Positions 11,691-24,910 are shown, counted from the first letter of the whole stretch. The stretch: 63,525 bases of DNA, filler included, from Lama guanicoe (GCA_013239625.1; 132 parts of 132 records of this genome joined end to end with filler, not necessarily neighbours in it); one strand, 5' to 3'. Numbers and translations are program-made. Notes: generated from the sequence alone by a model not told the origin.

Positions 11691-12024
11691 TTGTCGGTGA
11701 AGAAACAAGGTACTGAGGTTATAAAGTGTAGGCTGTTCTGACGGGAATTCCAGGGCCAGCAATGCCTGCAGATCTGTGCACATCCCAGCTGCCCAGCAGC
11801 TGATCAGACTTTCCGTCAGCAAATGAAGACCGTTCCCAAGTCAGTGTTTGATATTCATGCTCAATTACTTTAACATTGGCGTGTTTCTGTTCATTCCCCG
11901 CAGTCTCACTTCTCATTAACTCCANNNNNNNNNNNNNNNNNNNNNNNNNNNNNNNNNNNNNNNNNNNNTTAATTAATTAANNNNNNNNNNNNNNNNNNNN
12001 NNNNNNNNNNNNNNNNNNNNNNNN

Positions 12025-12050
12025 CACTCTACCACTGAGCTCTACCCTCC
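12025..12050 (-). mobile_element. End of a tRNA-derived SINE (camelid-like)
   Basis: cactctaccactgagctctaccctcc is the antisense of a tRNA A-box region (ggagggtagagctcagtggtagagtg). Confidence 0.5.
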
Positions 12051-12143
12051 TTCTAGAAAAACTTACTTTAAAATAGTGACATATAAAGCATATAAATCCG
12101 TGTTTCTAGTTGTAAATGACTATTAGCGGTTTTATTTTTCTAG

Positions 12144-12209
12144 AAGAGAAGAAGGGGAAGGTTGTCTGTTCAAGTTCAACAAGGTGTCAGAGAAATATTC
12201 TTGCAAAGG
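12144..12209 (+). CDS. SP110/SP100-family-like exon upstream of the SAND domain
   Basis: ttttctag| ... AGG|gtgagt, 66 bp, phase 1-1. It encodes EKKGKVVCSSSTRCQRNILAK(G); recalled SP110 is EKKKEKDICSSSKRRFQKNIHRRG. Confidence 0.45.
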
Positions 12210-14910
12210 GTGAGTAAGTGAGAGGCAGAGCTTCACCCTCACGTTCCTGGGACCCTGGCCTGGGGCTGCTGCCCCGTTCTCTCTCCCCTCCTCCTTTTCC
12301 ATCGCCCTGTCCTTGTCCCCTCCTCCTAGGTCCTCTCCACTCTTTCAGGCACCTCACTTCTGGTTGCCACCAGCCTGATTACTCCAAGCATCGGTCACTT
12401 TGACANNNNNNNNNNNNNNNNNNNNNNNNNNNNNNNNNNNNNNNNNNNNTTAATTAATTAANNNNNNNNNNNNNNNNNNNNNNNNNNNNNNNNNNNNNNN
12501 NNNNNTCATTTGAGGATGTTTAAAAGTACATTCAGAGCCAGACTGAACATTAGAACATTTCTACCATGAAAATGTAAAATACCAAAATATTAGTAATAAA
12601 CAGAAATAGGCAAAATTGTGGTCTTCTGTGGAAACTTCAGGAATCAAGGACGCAAATGGGGGAAATATGTGAATTAAACCTGGGAAAGATCGATTTTAGT
12701 TAAAATGGTTGTTTTACTGAGATTCCTGAAAGGATAGACCATGTTCTATTCATCCTCGTGGTCCTAGAGCTTGGCACAGTGGCTGGTATTAGGAAGGCCC
12801 TTGGCAAATGTTTGATTTATGAATGGAGGGATGGAGGGATAGAGGAGTGGATAGATGGGTGGATGGAGAGATGGAAGGATGGAGGGNNNNNNNNNNNNNN
12901 NNNNNNNNNNNNNNNNNNNNNNNNNNNNNNTTAATTAATTAANNNNNNNNNNNNNNNNNNNNNNNNNNNNNNNNNNNNNNNNNNNNTCTGTAAATATCTA
13001 AGTAAAACACTTTGACAAGCAGTGTAATGTTTTAGAGATATTTTAAATAATGTTGCCCTTTGTGTGTGTGAGATGTAGATCTTTGGGTGCAAGTTGTCTG
13101 CTCACAGGACAGTGGGATTGTCCCTGAATCCCTAGGAGACAACTGAAGGGGGCAGTGGGTCTCAGTGGGAGCCACTCAAAGGGAAAGAGCTGCCTAGAAC
13201 AGCCAAGGTGGATGGATCCACGCTGTCTCCTATCCCCAGAGCACTGGATCTGCTTTCCCCTGGGGAGCTTTGCCAAAATCCTGTGTATCCTAAAGGGCCA
13301 GAATAAACAACAGGGATTATAGGAACTGTGGGAGAGGGACAGGTTGTGGTTTTAGACCTGCTACTCTNNNNNNNNNNNNNNNNNNNNNNNNNNNNNNNNN
13401 NNNNNNNNNNNTTAATTAATTAANNNNNNNNNNNNNNNNNNNNNNNNNNNNNNNNNNNNNNNNNNNNCCTGGGAGGGAATTTGCATGTGCAGCTTCTCTA
13501 GAGATAGTGTGATGAGAAGAGCTAAAAGGGAGTCTATTAAATGCTATGTTTGTTGTTCATCACATACGTTCACCTTGACCAAAGGAGTCGTCCATGGCTC
13601 AGCCAGAGAGATAAAGCATGGCTTTAGAGCAATGATGACCTGGATTGAAAACTGGGTTCATCAACGGGTTGAATAAATAACTGTGGACACCTGTTTTATT
13701 TCATGAGACTCAGTTTAATTGCATGTTAGATTGCGATACATTTTCCAGTTTATAGAATTGTTGCCAGAATTGAGATGCTCCACATATATAGGATTTAATT
13801 TCTGACAAGTGACTTTGCTTTTTGTTTTTAGCCTGGAGAAGTTTCACANNNNNNNNNNNNNNNNNNNNNNNNNNNNNNNNNNNNNNNNNNNNTTAATTAA
13901 TTAANNNNNNNNNNNNNNNNNNNNNNNNNNNNNNNNNNNNNNNNNNNNGAAGTCCTGAGCCCTCCTTTTCCCTCAGAGCCTAGACGGTGCCCTCTGGCCA
14001 ATCGGTCCCTGTGCTGGCCTTCTGTCCCTCGGCTCTGACCCACTCCTGCTTTCCTCCTCTTATACCTGTTACCCAGCTTGGCCGCCCCCTCTCCTGCCCT
14101 CACTTGTTTCTCTTAAGAAATCATAATACTCGGTGTGGATTTTGAGAAGTTACTGAAGTTTTATGCTTATGGAACACGTGATAAATGTGTATGTATTAGA
14201 TATCAAATGTATGAATATTGGTAGTACTGTCCCAAATGATGCCAGTTCCAGTCAACTTAAAATTCTTGGAACTGGTCTTTAGCCCAGGAGGTTTGTGTTC
14301 ACAAAAGCTTAAACTTGTCCAAGTGCCAGNNNNNNNNNNNNNNNNNNNNNNNNNNNNNNNNNNNNNNNNNNNNTTAATTAATTAANNNNNNNNNNNNNNN
14401 NNNNNNNNNNNNNNNNNNNNNNNNNNNNNTATCTCAGGAGTTGGTCAGCCCAGGAAGTCAAGGAGCAAAAGAACCACCAAGGCAGATGTTGGCAGCACCC
14501 ATCTTACACACCTGAGTGGAAAGACGGAGGAATTGTATCCTGGGTGCAGTCCTGGTGAGGAGATAGACCCAGGAGTGAAGCCAGGGGACTTGAAATAATT
14601 CCTATCCCATTGTTAAGATTACTGACCTCGTGAGATAGACAGGTTTACGTATTTTTGCCAAATAACATTAATTATTCCACTTACAGAACTCCTCTAGTTT
14701 GCATTTCATGCTCACCAAGCAGTCTTCTGATTATGGTGTGGCTTTTTGTGTTAGTCTGTGTATAGGAGTAGAATATATTGATCATGTGTATGGAATCATA
14801 ATTTTTTTTTNNNNNNNNNNNNNNNNNNNNNNNNNNNNNNNNNNNNNNNNNNNNTTAATTAATTAANNNNNNNNNNNNNNNNNNNNNNNNNNNNNNNNNN
14901 NNNNNNNNNN

Positions 14911-15292
14911 CGCCGAACCCTGACAGCACCGCGTCCGCCTCCCAGGAGAAGGCAGACCGGGAGACTTGCACCACGCGAACATGGGGAAGGCCGCCCCAAA
15001 CGGCGGGGGAATACAGGACAAATTCAGGGGCTGCACGGGGCAGCCCGTCTCGCCGCGACCACGCGACCACAGCGCACCCGCCTCCCGGGAGCAGGCCATG
15101 ACCTGAGGGCCGGTCGGAGGTGTTCCGGGGCCGTCCAGCGTCCTTCCAACGCGCGGGGGAGCCCTGCTTTCCCAAACACGAACACAAAGGGCACCGAAGA
15201 CGCGGGGTGCAGGGACTACTAACTCGGAAGGGGGCTGCACCGCGAACCATGGCATCGGCCCGCACCCGCCTCAGGTTCTTAATGGGCCCCGC
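14911..15292. other. CpG-rich, GC-rich fragment (CpG island or GC-rich repeat spacer)
   Basis: High GC with dozens of CpGs; no recognisable protein in any frame. Confidence 0.6.
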
Positions 15293-15392
15293 NNNNNNNN
15301 NNNNNNNNNNNNNNNNNNNNNNNNNNNNNNNNNNNNTTAATTAATTAANNNNNNNNNNNNNNNNNNNNNNNNNNNNNNNNNNNNNNNNNNNN

Positions 15393-15773
15393 ATATCTCA
15401 ACATAATAAAAGCTATTTATGACAAACTCACAGCCAACATAGTACTCAATTGTGGAAAGTTAAAAGACTTCCCCACTAAAATCTGGAACAAGACAAGGAT
15501 GCCCACTCTCACCACTTCTAGGATTGGAAGTCCTAGCCATATCAATCAAGCAAGAAAAAGAAATAAAAGAGATCCAAATTGGAGGAGAAGAGGTAAAACT
15601 GTCAGTATATGTGGATGACATGATACTATGTATAGAAAACTCTAAAGGTTCCACACAAAAACTACTAGACCTGATAAAAGAATTCAGCAAGGTATCAGGA
15701 TGCAGGATTAACATAAGAATTCAGTTGCATTTTTTTACACTAACAATGAAATATCAGAAAATGAAAGTAAAGA
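15393..15773 (+). mobile_element. L1 ORF2 reverse transcriptase fragment (defective)
   Basis: IYDKLTANI.. and [30 protein letters not shown] (YxDD motif); internal deletion or frameshift. Confidence 0.95.
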
Positions 15774-15873
15774 NNNNNNNNNNNNNNNNNNNNNNNNNNN
15801 NNNNNNNNNNNNNNNNNTTAATTAATTAANNNNNNNNNNNNNNNNNNNNNNNNNNNNNNNNNNNNNNNNNNNN

Positions 15874-16200
15874 TACATACATATATTCATTTTCATATTC
15901 TTTTTCATTATAGGTTACTACCGAATATTATAGTCTGTGTTATACAGAAAAAACTTGTTGTTTATCTATTTTATATATAGTAGTTAGTATAGTAGTTAGT
16001 ATCTCAAACTCCCAATTTATCCCTTCCCACCCTTTCCCCCCTGGTAACTAAGTTTGTTTTCTATGTCTGTGAGTCTGTTTTTTTTGGTAAATAAGTTCAC
16101 TGGTGTCTTTTTTTTGTATTTTGCTTTTTTTGGTTCCACAGGTAAGTGATATCATGTAATATTTTTCTTTCTCTTTCTGGCTTACTTCACTTAGAATGAC
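15874..16200 (-). mobile_element. Cetartiodactyl L1 3' UTR, antisense
   Basis: aaactcccaatttatcccttcccaccc...gtttgttttctatgtctgtgagtctgttt...ggcttacttcacttagaatgac. Confidence 0.85.
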
Positions 16201-19200
16201 GACCCCCTATATTGAGATCTTATATTGCCTTTCTTCCNNNNNNNNNNNNNNNNNNNNNNNNNNNNNNNNNNNNNNNNNNNNTTAATTAATTAANNNNNNN
16301 NNNNNNNNNNNNNNNNNNNNNNNNNNNNNNNNNNNNNCAGAGTGGGGATGATCTCTATGGCCACCATGGGGCTTGCAGGCAGGCCCAGAGCCCTGGGGGC
16401 CATGCCAGTCTGTCTGTCGAGCTGGGCACAACCGAGAACCCTGTGGCCTATGATCCTGGATGGGGCTGCCCACTGCTCCCATCGGGGAGAATGTGCCTGG
16501 ACCCCTGGCTCCCTGCTCCCCTGGACACACTGACAGGTGGCAGACAGACAGGTACAGACAGCAGTTGCCTGAAAGAAAGATCGAGGCCTGTGTCAGGGCC
16601 CAAAGCCCGGGGTTGTCAACTGCCCCCAGCAGCCCGAATCCGAGACTCCCCACCACAGTCCCCTTTTCTGCTTCTTTCTCTTCCAGCCTCTGCTGGCAGC
16701 CCCAGGTCGGTGTCAGGGNNNNNNNNNNNNNNNNNNNNNNNNNNNNNNNNNNNNNNNNNNNNTTAATTAATTAANNNNNNNNNNNNNNNNNNNNNNNNNN
16801 NNNNNNNNNNNNNNNNNNATATATATATATATATCCAGGAACCAGTTAGTTAAATATTATATCAAACTTGTGGTTAATTATTAAGTACTCAATTAAATCT
16901 CCTATGACTCTAACATAAACTAAAACCAAGGCAATGAAGAGAAACATCACAATCTCAGAAAACAACATTAAGGTACCTGTAGCCATGGAACTCAATTTCC
17001 ATGTTGCTTTCATAGAACACCTCCCCCCCCCACTACTCCACCAACATCTCTGTATTCAGTATGTATTGAATCCAGTAACCAATAATACTAAAAGCAAATC
17101 AACACTGGTCTCTTCATAAAGTTAGCCTTACTTATGGGGCATGACTAACTGTCCCTGAAGTTAAAAGTAAATGCAGTCTAGTTAAAACTGGCAAGAGAGG
17201 NNNNNNNNNNNNNNNNNNNNNNNNNNNNNNNNNNNNNNNNNNNNTTAATTAATTAANNNNNNNNNNNNNNNNNNNNNNNNNNNNNNNNNNNNNNNNNNNN
17301 TTGCTTAGAGTATTCTTTGCTTAACAGTGTTCTCCACCACGGCTATATTCTGAAGAATATTTCTTAATTAGGTCATAAGCATGTCACCACACCATTAAAA
17401 GAAGGAGCTCTGCATGTATACAATGATGGCTTTTAATTATAACCAGAATGATCTGTCAAGTAGTAATCAATACGGTCCTTGGACATACAAAAAGCTGAAG
17501 GGAAAAGCTGGGAACCTTCAAGAAAGTGAATGAGAGAAATAATTATCAGATGTTATTAAATCAATGATCATGGGAAGCTCATTCTTTGCTTAATGGCCAA
17601 TGATTCAAACACGTATTGATTCACCTTTACAGCAATTACATTAGATACAAGGTCAGGGATAAGTCTAGAAACAGAGAAACAANNNNNNNNNNNNNNNNNN
17701 NNNNNNNNNNNNNNNNNNNNNNNNNNTTAATTAATTAANNNNNNNNNNNNNNNNNNNNNNNNNNNNNNNNNNNNNNNNNNNNTTAGACAAAGCCTGTCCT
17801 CAGCATTTCTGTTGCTGGTGATACTGAGCCTCCACCTGCTGTCCTGAGTCCCTCTTACTGTCTCTGAGATGTTTAACATAATTAAAAGGCGTCTCATAAA
17901 CTTACTGCATGTGGCACGTTAGCTGATACTCCCTTAAGATTTGTTATTCTTCGGCATAGTTGCATTTTAATGCTAGTCCAAGGAATAAAGTGACTCCCTG
18001 TTGGTGGGATGATTTTGGAGAGTGGGATGGGAGAAGTAGGCACACACCCTTCTGCTTCCTTGTGAAGCTGGTTCTACAGACTGGATGGTCTCAGATGTAC
18101 TAAATTTACTTTCAGCAGGATAGCCTTAAGGATGGCCAACAGGATGGCCTTAAGCAGTGAACTGNNNNNNNNNNNNNNNNNNNNNNNNNNNNNNNNNNNN
18201 NNNNNNNNTTAATTAATTAANNNNNNNNNNNNNNNNNNNNNNNNNNNNNNNNNNNNNNNNNNNNGTCATGCTGTCTCTTCTCTAATTGGTTTACTGCTTG
18301 AGAAAGACAAGAAAGCAGAGTAGTATAATGCATCTTTCATGGGGGTGTGGCTATCTTAAATCCTGGGATGATTGATAGTAGTGCCCCCATCCTTAAGTTT
18401 CTGCACAGAACACAAGCAGCTGCAACAGAGAAGCTGCTCTAAAAATGAGTAATCAAAACCATACATTTGTCTGAAAGTTTATAATTTGTAAAGTACTTAT
18501 ATTTATCCCTATTCAATTCTTTTTTAATATGTTGTGAATGTGTGCATCATTCCATCATACCTTAGGTCAATTAGGAAACAGAGAATGAAAAAACAAACCA
18601 TGGAAAAATTATTTGAAAAAATACAGTTCTCATAAAGAACTTGTACNNNNNNNNNNNNNNNNNNNNNNNNNNNNNNNNNNNNNNNNNNNNTTAATTAATT
18701 AANNNNNNNNNNNNNNNNNNNNNNNNNNNNNNNNNNNNNNNNNNNNTTTTTTCTTTCTTTTTAAATACCTTTATTGTCCTGTGGTTTAAATTAATGTATT
18801 TTAATGTTACTGGTCGCTTCAAATTTTTCTTGAACATAGTCAGGAGATAAACAAGATATCAAAGATTTTCACATATAGGAAAACAAAAATATCATTCTCA
18901 AAAGAGTGCTAATGTCTTGAAAGGAAATATTTTTACGCAGTGAAAAGTAATTTTAGGTAAAAGGGGGCTCTGCTTATCTCTGCAAGAATATTTACTACCT
19001 CCTATTACCATAAATGAATTGGAATTGATGGGAAGGAGAGCAAGTCCAGTCTGGTCCACCCAAATGATAACCACGGTTGGAATCCAGCTTGAGCTGGGTC
19101 TGGGGAAGGAATCTGGCTAGAAAAATCTNNNNNNNNNNNNNNNNNNNNNNNNNNNNNNNNNNNNNNNNNNNNTTAATTAATTAANNNNNNNNNNNNNNNN

Positions 19201-20192
19201 NNNNNNNNNNNNNNNNNNNNNNNNNNNNGCTTTGAGGACTATCCAAAAAGCAGTGCTTTCTAAGGAGACAGCTAGAAAGAAACTTGGATGCATGCCCTTC
19301 ATTTCCTTCCCTGTGCATCAATCTCTCCGCCTGAGCTAGGAGAAGAAAACAGGAGAACATCATGAAGGATGCTTTTCTTCGGTATCTACCCAACAGCTGC
19401 TCGTTCTCACCGTCGGCCACAGGAGGTAGCCCACAAGAAAAGTGCCTGCAGCTCTGTAATTGATGATGACTTGAAGTATGAAAATGAGCATATTCAGACA
19501 TTTCTCTTCACAAGGAAAGAATAAACAGCCAATACTAAAACAGTCCATTTCTCTTATGCCAAGATTTTGTTGGTGGTTTCTTTGAGTAGGCAAATGTTTC
19601 TTTTTATACTNNNNNNNNNNNNNNNNNNNNNNNNNNNNNNNNNNNNNNNNNNNNTTAATTAATTAANNNNNNNNNNNNNNNNNNNNNNNNNNNNNNNNNN
19701 NNNNNNNNNNAAAAATGACCATTTTGAGGCTACAGAAATTGACCAAAGAAGTACAGCAATGTGGAAAGGGCTCCTGCTGGAGGAACTGCTGAACTTCCAG
19801 GGAGGGTCGTGGGAGTCCGTGGCTTTCGCCTCCAGCTGGTCCCATTTACCTCCATCCCCCCACAGCTCAGCCAGCGTGGAGGCTCTGCCAGAGCAGATGG
19901 GCCGCTAGGACCAGCACTGGTCACAAGGGGCTCGCTCAGCTGAGAGTGTGGGAAGATGCAGATGCCCGCTGCTTTCCATCAGTGCCAGTGACAGCCTCGC
20001 AGTGGGCAAGCCAAGCGGGTCGACGGCTCGATCATCCTGGTGTTTTGGTCACAGCTGGGGCAAGCCTATCCTGGATAAAACTGCCTGCGTTGNNNNNNNN
20101 NNNNNNNNNNNNNNNNNNNNNNNNNNNNNNNNNNNNTTAATTAATTAANNNNNNNNNNNNNNNNNNNNNNNNNNNNNNNNNNNNNNNNNNNN

Positions 20193-20574
20193 CAGGCGCC
20201 CACTTGGTAACTCTGCCATCTTCCTGCTCCCTCCTCCTCCCTCCCGTCCCCGCCCCCCTTTGCCACCCCGGTTCCCCTCCACCACCCTCCCGCCCTCCTC
20301 CCAGACGCCCACCACCCGCTCCTCTTTCCGCAAGATCGCAGAGGTGGCGCGGAGCCCGGCGAGCCGATGACGGACCCCTTCCTCCTGTCTTCAATGCCTC
20401 AGCGGAAGAGCCCCAAGGGCTGGGGAGAGGAGGGCTGCCGGACATCCTCCCGGGGGGGCTGCTCCGACCTGCTGCTCGTGGTGTATGAAACCGGGGACTG
20501 AGCGAGCCCCAGCCGCCGCCGCTGCCCGCTCCGTCGCTACCGTCGGTCTGGACTGGCCCCCGCCTCGCCGCGCC
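20193..20574. promoter_or_regulatory. CpG-island promoter/5'UTR-like fragment with a YY1-type GCCATCTT motif and GC boxes
   Basis: GCCATCTT at 20215-20222, ccccgccccc, (GCC)n run, CpG-rich. Confidence 0.6.
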
Positions 20575-22120
20575 NNNNNNNNNNNNNNNNNNNNNNNNNN
20601 NNNNNNNNNNNNNNNNNNTTAATTAATTAANNNNNNNNNNNNNNNNNNNNNNNNNNNNNNNNNNNNNNNNNNNNAAGATAAACCTTCTGGGCAGCAGAAG
20701 GGCAGGGGGGACACTTGGCCCTGATGCCCCCAGGCGAGAGTGGCCCCAGGAGGACCTTGAGCCCGGTGGGTGGGTCTGCAGCTCCTGGGGTGCGACCGCT
20801 TTCCTGGCAGGAGGGAGACGGGCCCACTTCCCAAGGAGCTGCCCTGGGCAAGACGGTTCTGGGGTGGCCAGCAGCACAGCCGGAGGCCCGTTGAGTGGGA
20901 GACTCGGGGGTGGACGACTCCTCTTCTCTCCAGTTGAGCCTGTGAGCAGAGGCCACACTCGGGGCAGCCTGCCCTGGCTGCTGGCTCCCTGCCTCCCCTC
21001 CCTTCCCACCCACCATGTGTCCCTGGGTGCACGGGTGCCAGTGCACGCACACGTGCNNNNNNNNNNNNNNNNNNNNNNNNNNNNNNNNNNNNNNNNNNNN
21101 TTAATTAATTAANNNNNNNNNNNNNNNNNNNNNNNNNNNNNNNNNNNNNNNNNNNNAAAAGCTTTGATTAAGTGTTTGATGTTAAAAGATATTTCCCATG
21201 TCTTACAGTGTTACTTTTTCTTCCTGTCACCTGCACATAGATAGTTTTTCAGTCAAAAAGTATGAAGTATTCTAATTTAAATAAATTATATTAGTGAATG
21301 GTAAAGACTCCCATACTTGAAAAAACAGGTTAATCTGTAGATTTTATTTTATCTTTTAAAATTTCTTTCACTCAACAAAGCAGATTATGTAGATTAATTT
21401 CTACAGGAATTTTAATGTCATTTCTATTACTAATTTCTAGAGTGCTAATTTTAATATGATGTACAATGGAATTGCTTTATTTAATCAATTAACGTAATTT
21501 ATAGTTAAGTAAATTAACTATAATAAAGAGGATTTTTTNNNNNNNNNNNNNNNNNNNNNNNNNNNNNNNNNNNNNNNNNNNNTTAATTAATTAANNNNNN
21601 NNNNNNNNNNNNNNNNNNNNNNNNNNNNNNNNNNNNNNTTTTTTTTTCCTTTCTCCAGAATATGATCACTTCTCAGAGCTTCTATCACTATAGTCCTGTT
21701 CAAGCCACTATAACTTTTCATCTGGAATTTTATAATGCTCTCTTAATTTGTATCCCTGCTTTCACACTTGCACTGTGTTCTTAACAGATCATTCAGTGAT
21801 CCTCCTAAAACAGAACTATCTCTATGGCCCATGAACTGTGCCTTTGAATAAATTAGAAACAAGGTACTCACCATGGGCATATATATTTGAAAAATGAGCA
21901 CCATCTGGGCAGAAGAATTAGAAAATTAACCCTTAGGATTTCAATCCCTTTTGTCCCCTCTGGCAAGCTTCTATGCAGTGCACAAAGCATACAAGTGCAG
22001 AAGATGACTTTCCAGGAAGTNNNNNNNNNNNNNNNNNNNNNNNNNNNNNNNNNNNNNNNNNNNNTTAATTAATTAANNNNNNNNNNNNNNNNNNNNNNNN
22101 NNNNNNNNNNNNNNNNNNNN

Positions 22121-22502
22121 CCACCCCCTTTCTTAAAACTCTTCAGTGATTCATCAGAACTTTAGGGCAAAGTCATGCAAACTCTCCAGTTTCTGACTGC
22201 CGCCTGCCTGTCTAGCTTCAGGTTCTGTCACCTTCGCCTGCACCCCCATCCTCTCCGTAAACCAAATGCCTGGCAGGCTCAGGCCTCCATGCCTTTGTCG
22301 CTCTGGCTCTCCCCGCCCCCCCCGGCTCTTAGGCTGAAAATGACAGTTCTTCCTCAGACTGAGACAGGCTATTTCTTTCTGCACATGCTCCTTGTTCCCA
22401 TTATACTCTGTCCCTGACTCCACTGTACCACTTGCTAGGCTGAGTTTACACAAAGTCCTATGCTAAGTAGGGACTGTGGACCTCGCTCATCTCTGTACTG
22501 AC
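22121..22502 (+). mobile_element. L2 3' fragment
   Basis: cttaaaactcttcagtg... through ...ctcatctctgta, degenerate L2 tail. Confidence 0.45.
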
Positions 22503-22869
22503 NNNNNNNNNNNNNNNNNNNNNNNNNNNNNNNNNNNNNNNNNNNNTTAATTAATTAANNNNNNNNNNNNNNNNNNNNNNNNNNNNNNNNNNNNNNNNNN
22601 NNTTGCTAAGTTTCTTGGGCAAATAAAATTATTTGCACTTCTTACAGAGAAAACTGTCTACATAAGAACATTGGATTCTATAATGCCTAGCTAATCAAAA
22701 ATAAAAACCCCAGTATATAGAGAGTCTTTTGTATTTGTTTTAGCTTAGTTTCAAAACAAAAATCAGACTAACTTTTGAAATTAAGTAAGCAATTTTCCAT
22801 ATAAGCTGTTTTACGTGTTTAAAGTGCTATTATACCCATTTTTCACTAAAACTTTTAAGAAGGCAGAGC

Positions 22870-22960
22870 AGGTGCAATTATGTCCATTTAACAAATGAGA
22901 AAACTGAGGTTTAAATATGTTAAGATGACTTGCCCACAAGGATTGTCAGAAGAACATGGA
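22870..22960 (-). mobile_element. MIR core
   Basis: ccatttaacaaatgagaaaactgagg...gttaagatgacttgccc. Confidence 0.7.
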
Positions 22961-23084
22961 AACTGAGTCTTGCTATGTTTCCCTNNNNNNNNNNNNNNNN
23001 NNNNNNNNNNNNNNNNNNNNNNNNNNNNTTAATTAATTAANNNNNNNNNNNNNNNNNNNNNNNNNNNNNNNNNNNNNNNNNNNN

Positions 23085-23464
23085 CTATTTACAATAGCCA
23101 AGGCATAAAAGCAACCCAAGTGGCCATCAAAAGATGACTGGCTTAAGAAGATGTGGGATATACATACAATGGAATAGTAGCCATTGAAAAGAATGAAATA
23201 TTGTTATTTGCAGCAAAGTGAATGGACTCAGAAAATACTATGCTTAGTGAAGTGAGACAGAAAGACAAATACTCTATGATATCACTTATATGTGGAATCT
23301 AAAAAACAATACAAGTGAATCTATATACAAAACAGAAACAGACTCATGGACATAGAAAACAAACTGTGGTTACCAAGAGAGAGAGGGAGTGTGGAGGGAT
23401 AAATCAGGAGCATGGGATTAACAGATACAAACTACTACACATAAAATAGGTAAGTAACAAGGAT
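23085..23464 (+). mobile_element. L1 ORF2 end and 3' UTR (cetartiodactyl type)
   Basis: tttacaatagccaag...atatcacttatatgtggaatctaaaaa...acatagaaaacaaactgtggttacca...gggattaacagatacaaactact. Confidence 0.9.
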
Positions 23465-23564
23465 NNNNNNNNNNNNNNNNNNNNNNNNNNNNNNNNNNNN
23501 NNNNNNNNTTAATTAATTAANNNNNNNNNNNNNNNNNNNNNNNNNNNNNNNNNNNNNNNNNNNN

Positions 23565-23946
23565 TCAGTATCTCCACTGGAGACTGGGCCCGCCTGGTGC
23601 TCATCTGTCAGGCGATGGCCTCATCTGAGAAATGAGGAGAGGGGAGGTGAGAGAAGAAAGAGCACCACTGACCACCTTACAGAGATCTCATGGGAAGGGC
23701 TCAGAGCATGATAGGGTTGTGTGGCCATGACAAGTGCCATTAGCCCTTGTGGTTATTTCATTGTGTTCCCTTCCCTCTAATCTCTTTTTCTTGACTTTGG
23801 CTTCCCACATCCCTGGCGAGGACTCAGCCCCACTGGCTCAGTCACTCTCTCTCCTGCTCACTTTCCCTGGAGGCCCGAGTATGAATCCAGGCATCAAAAC
23901 AGATTTTGCTGCAATGCCTAGTCTTCATGCCCTTTATTCTCATAAT
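23565..23946 (+). repeat. Dispersed duplicate, copy 1 (reverse complement of 40907-41289)
   Basis: Same end points as copy 2; about two dozen substitutions and 2 small indels by hand count. Confidence 0.95.
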
Positions 23947-24639
23947 NNNNNNNNNNNNNNNNNNNNNNNNNNNNNNNNNNNNNNNNNNNNTTAATTAATT
24001 AANNNNNNNNNNNNNNNNNNNNNNNNNNNNNNNNNNNNNNNNNNNNAGCGTCACAGTCACATCCTTTATAATAACTGCTGTTTTGACATTGCCTTCGCTA
24101 AGTTTGAGAATTTTTGCATCCCATACAAACCAGAAAAGGAGCCTTGTTTTTTCCATATAAAATATCTAGAAGAAAGAAATGAGCTTTTGAGAATAGCAAA
24201 ATAATTGAGGAGACCAGGATCCATATCTTTGAGAGAAAACTTTCAACTCCTGCCATTGATCTGCACCAGGAATTCCTCTGAATCCTTCATGTGAGCAGAG
24301 CACCACACTGTCACTTAAGGTGATATTATCGCCATGGAAAATCCTGGTGTTCCACATCCCCAGGCAGTAGGTATGCCAGGGAAACCCTGGTATATCTGGA
24401 AATGTGAGAAGAGGATTGATGTGACAGTNNNNNNNNNNNNNNNNNNNNNNNNNNNNNNNNNNNNNNNNNNNNTTAATTAATTAANNNNNNNNNNNNNNNN
24501 NNNNNNNNNNNNNNNNNNNNNNNNNNNNGACCGTGGCTCTGGGAATGGAGGGAGGGAAGTGGCGTCTCAGTTAACATTCAGCCCCCCACAGAGTAAAAAC
24601 TCTATGTGTGATATTTTGAATGCTTAGAAAGGAAGCTGT

Positions 24640-24910
24640 GGATTATTTCATTTCATGATTTTATGTGTCGAGAATTAAGACAGTGCATAGTTGGGTGATT
24701 CTTCTCCTTGGGGTATTTACTGAATTCAGCTAGTGGTGTTCAGCTGGTAGATGAACTGATTAGGGAGTTCATGACAACTTTACTCAAATTTGTGATACCT
24801 TCATGGGATGGCTAGAAGACAGGGCCTAGTTGGGACTACACGTGGCCTCTCAGCATAGCAGTCTTAGGGTAGTTGAAATTCTTACATGGCAGCTGGCATC
24901 CTCCAGAGAG
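24640..24910 (-). mobile_element. MaLR LTR (MLT1F-like)
   Basis: ctacacgtggcctctcagcatagcagtcttagggtagttgaaattcttacatggcagct. Confidence 0.6.

Noticed and set aside
16338..16570. Minus-strand open frames after ctttctttcag
   Set aside because: GC-rich with several frames open; no family recognised.
20137..21112. Multiple long GC-rich ORFs
   Set aside because: Stop-codon scarcity in GC-rich DNA; no recognisable protein.
24166..24395. Possible minus-strand exon/ORF after a tttccag acceptor
   Set aside because: No recognisable domain and no supporting donor; cannot be supported.
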